Shown piece by piece: positions 1 through 15,281 of a DNA stretch of 64,000 nt. Every line of letters begins with the position of its first letter. The stretch's first letter is position 1. The notes under the pieces were generated by a model. That model had not been told where the DNA came from and did no database searches. It saw only the letters and a program-made list of their open reading frames with translations. Source of the DNA: the human T2T-CHM13v2.0 reference genome, Homo sapiens; NCBI RefSeq assembly GCF_009914755.1, contig NC_060930.1; one strand, 5' to 3'. The position numbers and the translations under genes were made by a program.

Positions 1-1880
<1,880 letters not shown>

Positions 1881-1912
1881 TAAATAAAAATTATATTAAA
1901 AATTGATAAATA

Positions 1913-2208
<296 letters not shown>

Positions 2209-2249
2209 ATGATAAGCAAATTCATATTAGAGATATGCTTCTCAAGATT

Positions 2250-2430
2250 AAAACCACTTACTAGTTGTATGTTGCAGTAATTTTAAATCTGTGTACATCA
2301 GTTTCCTAGTCTGTAAAATGCAGATGATAATACTTAACTAATAAGCTTGTTGAGAATATAACGCAACTTTAAACAGAAAGTTTTATAGCAATGTCTGACG
2401 CTTAAAAAGCACTACATGTGTTAGTTATTG
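2250..2430 (+). mobile_element. MIR SINE relic
   Basis: MIR core-like tcagtttcctagtctgtaaaatgcagatgataata. Confidence 0.75.
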
Positions 2431-2569
2431 TTTTGTTCTATTGTACCTGTTACTACTCTGTGCCCTTCTGCTTTGCCATTCTGCTGTTGCGGACATATCT
2501 TCTCTAGCAACATTTTCTCTATTGCGAGCTAGATCATTTGGTCTAGCACACACACAAAACCCTCTCCCA

Positions 2570-2750
2570 TGCCAGGGAACATTTGGCAATGTCCGGAAAT
2601 GTATTTGATTGTCACACTAGGGTGGAAAATATGAAGTAGCTGGAAGGTGGGAATGCTGCTAAATGGCCAGTGATGCGAAGGATAGCCTATCACAACAGGT
2701 AATAATTATCTCACCCAAAATGTCAATAGTGGTGAGGTTGAGAAACTCTG
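2570..2750 (+). mobile_element. MER20 (hAT-Charlie DNA transposon)
   Basis: gggaacatttggcaatgtc...caaaatgtcaatagtggtgaggttgagaaactctg matches the recalled MER20 body and 3' TIR. Confidence 0.85.
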
Positions 2751-4089
2751 AGTAGCATCTTGCTTCCCAGACTTATCTTTAATATAAACAAAGAAATATG
2801 AAACACTGTCATTTGTATGCTTCCAAGATAGACTGAGACTTATACAGCAGGTCATATGTTTTTTATAGATTATGAAAACTAAGACCTTCTAAATACTCTA
2901 AGATATGTGGTAAAAGCTTTAAAAACAATAACAAAAATCAACACATCTTCAGTAAAATCAGATTAAGGCTGAATTAATTGGAGGTTTTTTTTTAAGTTTT
3001 CATATTCTTTGGAACCAGAAATTGTTTATCTGGATTAAGACTTTCTCCACATAAAAACATCAGAAGCATTATAAAATTCATTTCAAATAGTTTAGGATAT
3101 TAAAACCACCTTATGAACAATCTAGGGATGACCGTAATTCTATTAATTTGTGAGCAATTTACTTAAACTTTAAATAAGAAATCCCCTGCTTTTGGAAATT
3201 ATAGATAAAGAAAAAGTTCTTATTTTACTTATGACATTCTGGGATATACTACACAACTTTTTGAAAGGTCATTTAAAAAATACTTATTTGTAATGAGAAT
3301 AAAAATTCTACACAGTCTAATTTCACCTACATCAACTGACTAAATAAGGGTCTGCAGATAATGGAAGGTTTTAGAAAATTTTCTGCTAAACTCCTTGATA
3401 TGTTAAAAAATACTAACATTAGCTGTTTACAGAAAAATACTAATATACTAATTTTTTGTTTAGTATTTTATCTACATGTAAATGTGTAATATATGTGCTT
3501 GTTTCTGCAGAGATAGATACTTTGGCAAAATTCTTCACTCTACATTTCTGTTTGAAAATAACTGCATCATTCTATGGTCATAAATCTCAAAATGTATATA
3601 TAACTAAAGATATAATGCACATTGATATATGTATTATATTTTTAAAGAAGAAAGCATGCTATATTTAAAGTTTTCATCAATATTTTAATGACCATCTTCA
3701 AAGATTGATAATTTATGCCAGTAAGTTAGGGCCATATATCTCAATTATATCTTCTTGTCAAAGGTATTCTGTGGAGACTCGTGGGGAAAGAAACCTAAGA
3801 TACATGAAGAGTTTTAAAGATTTTAAAAATCAATTTTTGAGTGCTTTATGAGACTATAAATTCCTTGCCAGACACAAAATGCTATATGTCTCTAGTTGTG
3901 TGCATTCTCCATGAAAACATGGGTATTGAAAGCAGAGCCTGTTATTTTGCACAACATCGAATTCTCAGAAACTAACTCAGTCTTGCGATAAATAATTTTG
4001 AGTAATTAAATGACAATGGGCCTTTAGGTTCTGGCCATGAATGCCTTACCCTCCACGACTACAATATATATATATATATATCAAAATAA

Positions 4090-6830
4090 AAAATATAAAA
4101 TGTTAAAAAGAACTTTCTGCAGGCACTAGACAGCAACTAATACTGGGCTATGATTTTCAAGAGACGGATGGCACACTAAGTGAGCCCATGTTTACACCGT
4201 ATTTACTCCTTGAGGGCACATTCTGAACTACAGTGCAAACGGAGAGCCACAGAGTGGGAAGAAACAGATTGGCTTCAATACTGCTAAGGCAGCAAAGATG
4301 GAGGAAGAGTCAGATTACTGGAAAGAAGGTATCTACAGAATAGAAGCCCTAGATATCTATGAAACATTTCCATCCGATCTTTGGCCACCTTCTAAACTGT
4401 AAAGGCAAGGACTGTGACTATTGCAAGTGAGAGAGAGAGAGAGAGAGAGAGAGAACAAGGACAAGAAATTGACAGGAAGCTAAAGATATTTCAAAAGTTG
4501 CTGAGTGTTGGAGCAATGTTGACTTTGATATTCAGGCCCAGCCAGAGTGGAGGAGCCTTAATGCATACCTTGGCTGTTGAATGAAGATTCCAGAAAAATA
4601 CATATCCTATCTGTAAAGCCTATGAAGAAGAACTATACCCTTGGAGAAAGAGAAAAATTAAAATAGAACTATCCCAATCAAGCCTAAAACCATGCCTCAG
4701 GAAGATTAGTAAAATCAGCAGGTAATTTGGCTACAAGACAGAACTAAATCCACTACTCTTTGGGGGAAAATAACATAGTCCAGAGCTCCTATATTATGTC
4801 ATCTTCAATATGTTTCATTAATCAAAATTTACTAGATACATTGAGAAGAATTTGACTGATAATGAAGAGTGAAGGCAGCCAATAGAAGTAAACCCAGAGA
4901 TTATAGCGATCCTGATCAGCAACAAGAACTTAACTACATCTAACATGTGAAAGGAAACAGAACTAAATGTGGGTAAATTGGATGAATCAATAGAATATTT
5001 CAATTGAAAACAGAATCTAGAAAAATAATCCCATGACCATTCTAGAGCTATAAAAATAAATATATGGAATATAGAAAGGCTTAGTAAATTAGTGGGCAGA
5101 AAATTATCCAGAAGGAAACTGAAAGACAAAAAAGAATGAAAAACAACTTAACTAAACAGGATGTAGCAGAGATAGATATATTAAAGGATGTCCCATGTAT
5201 GCAGTTTGTATCACAAAAAGCAGAGATAAAACAATGGTAGTTAAACTATAGTAAGATTTTATATTGTGGAAGATGGTAAAAGTACTAACATAAAGAAAAT
5301 TGTTTTAAGCTAAGCTTGCATTTTGTAATTTCTAGAATAATCAATAAATTAATTATACTGAAAGCATCACAAAAATGAAATTAAAAAGCAAGCAGGAGAC
5401 AAAATGGAAAAATTTAAAAATACATATTTTGGAATAATACAAAAGAAATAAAGAAAGAACAAATAAAGGAACAAGTCAAAAAGACAAAAACATATCAGGA
5501 TGACAGACTTACAGGCAATAATAACAGTAATAGGTTAAATGTAGATACAGTAAAAATAAGATTTTAGATCGGATTAAAAGATAGAACTCAAATAGTTCTG
5601 AAAGACATTAGGATTGAGAAAATAAAAGAATATAACTTTAAAGGAAATAGGAGAAATAAAATGATAAAAATAAGAACAGAACTAATGCAATTTAAAACAT
5701 GCATTCATTAAAGAAAATAAACAGATGCAAAGGATTCTTTTTTTGTAATGATTACTAAAACCACTAAATAGCTATTAAAAATTATGATAAAAGGAGTCAG
5801 AAATTACTATTCACTAATATCAGGAATAAAAAATTTCATATCATAAGAGATTCTATAAACATAAAAAGGATAATAACACAATATTATTTGTCAATAAAGA
5901 GCAAAGAAAATGAGGAAATATGAATTACTTTATGACACTAAAATCGGCAATTTTGACAAAACGCACAAATTCCTTAAAAATACAATTTATCAAAATAAAC
6001 ATGAAATGCATAATTATTAAATGTAATTATCAATATATAAATATACTTAGTATTGCTATTAAAATACTACACATTAAGTATTTTTATTAAGTGCATTTAA
6101 TAAAACAGTTATGTAATCATTAAACTAATTGAAATGTATCTAATAAATTTTAAAAATTGATTAGACCAAAAACTTCTTATGAAGAAAACTCCAGGCCTCT
6201 GGAGCTCTTCTCTGATGAATTATATCATACTCTGAAGGAAGAAATAATACATATGTTACATATTTTTAATTTTGAAAGTACACAAGAATTAAACACTTAC
6301 CAAGTTATTATATGAGGCCAGGGACATTATATCAAAAGGAAATTACATACCGATACTACTCTTGATAAGACAAGCAAAATCATTGTCAAAAATCAACAAT
6401 GTAAATCCAGAAATATATTTTAAATGCAATAATGGTTGATTCATCATTAACTAATTCACATAATGCATCACATAAGCATAATAAAAATGTGTGAGTGAGT
6501 TTACAGTAGATATAGAGAAAACATTTGTTAGACTTCATCAATCATTCATAATAAAAAAAAAATCTTAGCAAATTTGCAATAAATGATGGTTTCTTCCATC
6601 CAATAAAGGGCATTTACTAACAAAATACTTTAATCATATTTAATGGTGAAATATTAAGATGAGGAATAATACAAGCTTGACTTCTCTTACTACTTCTATT
6701 CGACATTATATTGCAAATCTTAGTCTGTGCTCTAAGGCAAGAAAAAGTCACAAAAATTAGAAAGAAAAAATTAAAGCTGTTTATTTGTGGATATTATGGA
6801 TATAAACATAGTAATTGTTAAGGTATCTGC
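4090..6830 (+). mobile_element. Ancient L1M fragments (5' region and ORF2 relics)
   Basis: A-rich sense strand; ORF2-like gaaaactccaggcc...gatgaattatatcatac and cttactacttctattcgacattata. Confidence 0.7.
4429..4453 (+). repeat. (GA)n microsatellite
   Basis: Uninterrupted GA run. Confidence 0.95.
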
Positions 6831-7869
6831 ATAGATGTGAACATGAATGAGGAGCTCTGGGTACTGAAGTTAAAGTGATTTAGTTTTCACTATCCAAAAA
6901 TAAGATATATTAAAACAGTTCAGAATAGACCTATGAAATTTTTAAAATATACGGCCTGAGATTCTTGTACTCTTTCCTCAGCACCCAAAAGAAGCAGCTC
7001 AATTTTCCTACAACAACTTCTGTCAATAAATGTTTTCCTCACTGAAAAGGCAATGTGTAAAAATTCATCTTAGAATTTTCTACAATTTATATTATCCATG
7101 GTTTGTAGGGTCCATTTTGCTTGATGACTTTGTTTTGCCACATGTGCTGAATAAGTGAAAAGAAACAGTTCTTAGAAGAAAGTTAACAAAAGTCTATCTT
7201 GTTAGTAATAATAGAACACTAAACTCTTACTCACACCTAAGAGTTGTTAAGTCATCATACTTGTATTTGCTTAAATGTTCAAATGACTCAACTGAAATAA
7301 TATTTTCTTTCTTTTCTTCTTTCTGACTAAAATGGAGATAAGGTGTGTTCACCTTGTCAAGAATTCTCAATGATTCATATTATTCAGATAATTTTTTTCT
7401 GCTTTTTACTGAAATGACTTGGTATTTTCTTCAATTTCCAAAATGTTTTTCATAAGAATTGATATATTAATCCTCATGATCTGAAGGAGTTTAAAAAAAT
7501 TAATTGCTCATATATTTGAAGAGTTGAACTTAATTACCTAATACTGTAAGCTTTTCTACATTACATTTCCCTGTTTTATCATGTTCTTCTTCAACAAGAT
7601 AATTTTTATAATCCAAATTTTTTTCCCATGGTGCTCCCTTCCAATACAAACCTTTCAGCTAGCCCAATAAAATCAACATCATGTTGATCAATGCATGGAT
7701 TACTAAAAACTCTCTAATTGCTCTTCCACAGCAGTGCTCTTCCCTGCTTACTCGGTGTTGCTTAGATGATTGTTAAATGTCTCTTCTTTTATTGTTAGTA
7801 TTATCACTATTTAATGAATGGCTTTCTAAACTATATAGGCTCAAGAAGACATCATTGTAACATACAAGG

Positions 7870-8090
7870 TGATCCTGGAGTTGGACTACTTTCATTTGAA
7901 TTCTATACTAGTTGCATGATCTCGGACAAGTTGCTTAGTCTCCAAATGCCTTTGTTTCCTAACTTGCAAAATGAGGATAATAACAATATCCTATTCATAA
8001 AAACATTTTGAACGCTTGTAAATGAGAAAACACAGGCAGAGCACTTAGTAGAGAACATAGAATATTCTAGGTATAAAAGAAATGTTGATT
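7870..8090 (+). mobile_element. MIR relic
   Basis: tagttgcatgatctcggacaagttgcttag...tttcctaacttgcaaaatgaggataataaca. Confidence 0.75.
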
Positions 8091-8129
8091 ATTAGTGCTA
8101 TGCTATTGCTGCAGCTAATGCTATGAAAA

Positions 8130-8255
8130 CTTTCAGACTGTGAGCCTCTCAAGACAAGAAATTGTTTCTTACTCATCTTTGTATTCCCAGCAAAAAACAG
8201 AGTGCCTAGCATAAATAACTGTTGGCTTAGTAAGTGAATGTGTGAATAAATGTGA
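8130..8255 (+). mobile_element. L2 3' end relic
   Basis: agactgtgagcctc...catctttgtattcccagca...gtgcctagcata...tgaatgtgtgaataaatg. Confidence 0.75.
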
Positions 8256-8802
8256 TTACTAGGTCTATTCTCTACTAGCACTTTTGTGTATATACCTTTT
8301 TTGTATCATTTGACAATAAGGTTTCTTTACCATCATCATCATCATGATTATTATTTCCATTTTGCTTGTTTAAAGACAACAACCCATTCCTTTTTAGATT
8401 CCCATTTACTGACTTTTAAATGGTTTATAATATGTAAAATAAAGTGGGATATCAGAAAAAGGTGAAGATATTTTAGAAACATACATTTTAAACTCCCCTC
8501 TCTTCTAACACCTACCAAAAAAGTACTCACAAAATAAAATAAGTATGATGGATGAATGGATGAGAGAAATCTTCGTGCATTACAGGCCTAGCAACTTTCC
8601 AGAGAAAATTGTCTGGGATGCCTGATGAGCCCAGGGCTTCTAAGTTAACAGTAGCATCTGGGGAAATATCCACGGAATACTTGGCTGTTGGAGGTGTCAG
8701 AGCATTGCTTTGACAGTTTTAAGAGCTGTCTGTTATATACCTACTCTGCTAGTGGATTCTGAGTTGACGATGGAACTTAAATTGCTTCATTATGTCTTGC
8801 AG

Positions 8803-8895
8803 GATCACACCATCCTCCCTTGTACATGAAGAAACCTGGAAGCAGAGAAGCCATCCACTCTCCCCATGTCAGTCAGCCAGTGATCCACTGCAAAG
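8803..8895 (+). other. Candidate 93-nt internal exon of an unidentified transcript
   Basis: Acceptor ttgcttcattatgtcttgcag and consensus donor AAG|gtaagt; length is a multiple of 3; two of three frames open. Confidence 0.35.
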
Positions 8896-8949
8896 GTAAG
8901 TTCATGTTCTGCAACTGGTTTATCACTTCCTGTCAGTGAACAATTTCCC

Positions 8950-10614
<1,665 letters not shown>

Positions 10615-12119
10615 TTATCAGATCAAGTAAACAAGAATAATCATAGATTTTAAAGATTTTCAATAGTTAATAAAATTTAATATATAAATATATTTATGTA
10701 TATGCATGTACATATTTGTGTGCCATATATACTACACATATATGTAATACCTATGCTATACATATAGATGTAGCATATACAAATATGTGGTATACACACA
10801 CGCCCAAGTGTTCATTATAGTCTTACGATATGGAATATCTTGGTAAATATGTCTTACATTTGTCAATATATTTACAAAGTAATGGATATTTTAGGTCACA
10901 ATCTAATTGCACTAAAATAAAACTAGGTCAGCACAGAAAAGATGGCCAAATAATTTGAAGTTTCTGGGAACTAAGAAACAAAGTTGCTATACCAATAGAA
11001 TGTTGTCAAATTTCACGGAAACCCCTTCCCAGGCCAACCCCAACTCAATTTCAAGTGCTAATATTCAAAACCACTAAGGATTTCCAGTATATTATTTTAG
11101 GGTTCTTTTATCTCTATGATTTTAGTAGATATTTGAAGTCAAGTTAACCCAAAACCTGGCATGATTTTCTACCAAACAGTAAAAGAGCAAAGCCCCAGGG
11201 GACTCAATTAAATTCAATATCAAGATAGAATATGGTGAACATATCTGTTATGAAAAAAATTATCATCAGCTAAGGATGAGCATTTAAAGAATAGTACAGA
11301 AGAACTTTATGGGAAGTGTCCAATATATAAAATAGAATATTTCACAATGCACTTTTTATATATAGTCATAGGCAATAATTCAGGCCAGCGTACATCTACC
11401 TTCCAAAGGAATTATACCAGAAGATTTCCCTTCCTGGAATGCATGATGTAGCACGGTTTCATGTAAGTAAAATTAGAAACCAAAACAGAACTTGCAAGAA
11501 CAATAGAAATAGAGTTGTTGAGCTCTTTTAGAAACAGAACAGATGGCCTCTAAGGTAAAGAAACTAATAATTCTTGCATGAGCAGGAATCTTTGATATTA
11601 GTAATAGGTCAGAGCAATGAGATGGTGAAAAAGGAGAATGGAAATCAAAGCCACAGAAACATGATGAAAAAAGATGATCAAGTTTGTGAACAGGACCACA
11701 ATTCTCTTTTTTCCTAACTATAAAAGGCTTCAGCCCCCAAGTAATCCATACTAGGAAATGATTGATTAGTAGTAAAATACTACTGCTAAAGTTATCCCAG
11801 GACATTATTCCTAATTTTATTGTTACATATCTGAACACTTCTTTGAATTGTTTTCTTCATTTATTTAAAACTTTTTTGTTGCATTTTACTGATATTTTGT
11901 GTTATATCATAAAAATAGAAATAAATAGGAAGTCACACATAAAAACATCACCCATAACAAAGCCCACACCAAAATAACATTTTGATTTTATCTACCATCT
12001 ATCTATCTATCATCTATCTTTTAGCTTAATGTGTTTTGCAAATTTTCTACATCATTAGTCACCTCTATATAGAATGACATATAGCAACATATTGTAATGA
12101 CAACATATAATTTAGCTAT

Positions 12120-12840
12120 ATTTATTCAAAAACAAATACTTAATGAATACTTGCAATGTATCAGGTAGTAAATTAAGTCATATGAGAATTACCAGGTAGC
12201 AAATGGTGTCCAATACAGAGAATACAATAAAATAATAAAGCAGGTTAAGGATAAAAGGGGCAGGATTAGTGTAACTTTTCCATGTAAGGAATAAGAGACC
12301 TCACTAAGGTTTCACTTGAGTTGGTACCTGAAGGGAGTGAGAAAGTGAGCCAAGTGAATACATGAGGCAAAAATTGCAGACAGTAAGAAGCGCAAGGCAG
12401 GGATGGTGAGGCATGGATGTGTCTGGCATTTGAGAAAAAACAAGGAATTCAAAGACGTTGGGGGGATGGTTGGTAGAAGACATCAGAGAGTGCGACAGGA
12501 AAAGCATATTTCAGATGTAGGGTCATGGAGAGGACTTTGAATATGAATTCTGGGTGAGACATTATGCCACCGGAAGATTTTAAGCAAAGAAGTGACATGA
12601 TCTAACGTATTTTGAAAGTGTCACTGTAGCTACTGTGTTGAGAGTAGGCATTGAGAGAAGGTAAGCCAAAGGACAGAAAAAGGGAGACCAATAGAATAAT
12701 TAGAATAATTCTGGACTCAGAGATGGGAGCTAGGATCAGATAGAAATGGAGATGATAAGTATTTAGGATCTGCATATACTTTGGAGGTAAAGTCAGTAAG
12801 ATTTACTAGTAAATTCAATCTTGGGAAAGAGCAAGCATGA
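12120..12840 (-). mobile_element. L2 relic
   Basis: attcaaaaacaaatacttaatgaatact (reverse L2 3' end) and gattttaagcaaagaagtgacatgatct. Confidence 0.8.
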
Positions 12841-13869
12841 ATTTAAAAAATATATTTAGCAATAATTTTATATTAGACAATTTGATTGAGATATATTTGT
12901 TCTAGATGCAGAAGATGTGACTGGTTTGGCTCATTCAATATCTACGAAGTCCAGTAAAATACCAGACCTGTAACAGATACTCAAGAAATATGTGCTGAAT
13001 TAGTGAATAAATGTAGGAAACTGTATATTTCTATTCATTGTTTTATAAAGTGAATACATTCCTATTCACTGTTTTATAAAGTGAATAGAATTCACATAGT
13101 CAGTCTAATATCACATATTGTAAAAGTTCCTGCAAATATCTTTAAGAAATGGTATCTAATCAAAACCCTACGAATATTGCTGTCAGCATTCTGAGGTCCG
13201 GGCAGGATGGATAAGATAATTAAGATAACCTTGTCATAGAATAAAGCTGGAACTGGGATAAGCCTGTTAATCTCATTTTATTTAAAAATATCTGCATATT
13301 TTGTTTTCTGTCATAGATCCTTAGTTATTTTATAATGTGTACCTCACAGAGTGATGTTTTCCTTACAAATTAAAATATATGTGGATATGAATATGTAAAT
13401 AAAGTATCTTTTCCTTACATAGATTATAAAAGAGTCATTTAAGGCCATTTAATGCTTCTCTTTGTAGTAGCTCTTATCTCACGCAGTATTATCTTTCTCC
13501 CATATGAATGTTGTATTAGCAATAGTGAATCTAGATAACCCTTATAATTAATTTTTCCAGACATCAAAAATTTCCAAAAAGTAAAAAATCCAAACATATT
13601 TATCTTTTCTTTAGTTATACTATTTAAGTCATACCCCAAATCTTCTGATCATAAAGGATTTTATAATTAGATGAAAAATAGGATTAATAGTGGTATTATT
13701 TTAAAGTTACAATGCAGAATGAGCTAGCTATGCTTTATATGAGGGCAAAATTTTCCTGAGTTATTTTGCCTTTGTAAATGCCTTCCTTGTGCTTGAGTTA
13801 CCAAATGCATGTACTCCAGCCTACCATATTGTTACACAAATTGGTTTGGTAAGAAGACCATAGGTTTTT

Positions 13870-13990
13870 TGTAAGGCAGACTGACGTATCTAAAAGTTTG
13901 GCTCATTTTAACTAGCCAGGTAATCCTGGGCACATTATTCAATCTCTCTGAGCATCAGTGTTTTCAGAGATGATAAAATGTGCTATTCAT
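13870..13990 (+). mobile_element. MIR relic
   Basis: actagccagggtaatcctgggcacattattcaatctctctgagcatcagtgtt. Confidence 0.65.
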
Positions 13991-14199
13991 GAAGTTTTCC
14001 ATTCATTCACTTATTTATTTAAAATATTTTAAAGGCCCTAATATCTAATTATTTAAAATAGTTTAAAGGCCCTAATATCTAATAATATCTAATAAAGGCC
14101 CTAATATCTAATAATGAATATACCAGAAATCTAGCAGCATCTAAAATATTTGATGTAAGGACACACAAAATAAATAGTTTTCCCTTTCATTTGAAGAAT

Positions 14200-14545
14200 A
14201 TATAAATACATATATACATACACATTTATATATTTAACACTTCACCATTATATAATTATTTTATTTAAATTATTTTTAAGTAAACATATACTTTACCATA
14301 TTTTAAATATTTTTTGAAAAATATAAAATATTAATATTTTATATTTATTAAAATATATTAAAATATTTATAAAATATAAATATATTTTATATATATTTCA
14401 AAAAATATTTTGAAAAATATATAAAATATATAAAAATATATTTATAATATATAAAATATATAAAAATATATAAATATTTTATATTTATAAAATATAAATA
14501 TATACCATATAATATATAATTATAAATATATAATATATATTTAAA
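14200..14545. repeat. AT-rich low-complexity tract
   Basis: About 350 bp almost entirely A/T, built from atataaaat/tattt units. Confidence 0.95.
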
Positions 14546-14772
14546 TGCTTATACATTCTATTTTTCTTGTTTGAGATAAGAGCTACTAAAAAGAGAAGCA
14601 CAAAATGGTATTTAAATGACTTCTCTTACATATATATGAAATTAAAATTTTCATTGGAAAGAAGGTCATGCAAAGAGCAAAACAGAGTTGTTATGTAAGG
14701 GACAAGTTTGAGAAAATCAAAACAAAATTTTCAAGTACAAGTAACATTTGCTGGGTATTAAAACTCTCAAAA

Positions 14773-15281
14773 TGTGGCAAGCCAGGTTTCCATCAGCAAC
14801 CAGAGCAGTCGGCCTTCACCAACACCTTAATGTAACTCTGATGAATGTGTAAGTTAAACATTAAAAGAAGAAACTGGTACCTTGGTACAAAGGCTAGAAC
14901 GTAAAAACAAGTCCATTAAGACCACACCTATGCTTTCTCAGAACCTTAGAGTTTAATTAAAGTAATGGATAAGGTCTTACACACCTTGTACCAGAACCCA
15001 CTTTAGATAGATAATTTTTCCAAGGGTCTGAAGTAATTGTCTAGGCCCAGTACCCTAATTAAAGATTAGATAGAGTAAAACACTTTGGTTTTCAGTTTGT
15101 AGGTGCATTGAATGTATACAAGCACTAGAGAACACTTTTAACTTTGAGTTGGTCTGGTGAGTTACTCCGATCTTCTCACTGTAACCAGTTGTAGAAATAA
15201 ACTCCCTTCTTTCCCAGTCTGCCTGTATCTTGTTATTGGACCGTGAGAACAGACAGCTGGACACCACTCGGTCTGAACTCA
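14773..15281 (+). mobile_element. Solo ERV LTR (LTR62/LTR64-like)
   Basis: TG...CA termini; starts tgtggcaagccaggtttcc; ctttgagttggtctggtga; AATAAA at 15196-15201; family name from memory. Confidence 0.75.

Noticed and set aside
3511-3720. 210-nt segment between ctgcag and gtaagt as a coding exon
   Set aside because: Stops in all three frames; at most a non-coding exon, with no support
11473-11838. 121-aa minus-strand ORF as a real CDS
   Set aside because: Phe/Leu/Ser-rich composition typical of the antisense of A-rich DNA; no domain or supporting exon structure
13031-14112. Short direct repeats as a CRISPR-like array
   Set aside because: Only 2-3 copies, no regular unique spacers, primate context; explained by slippage
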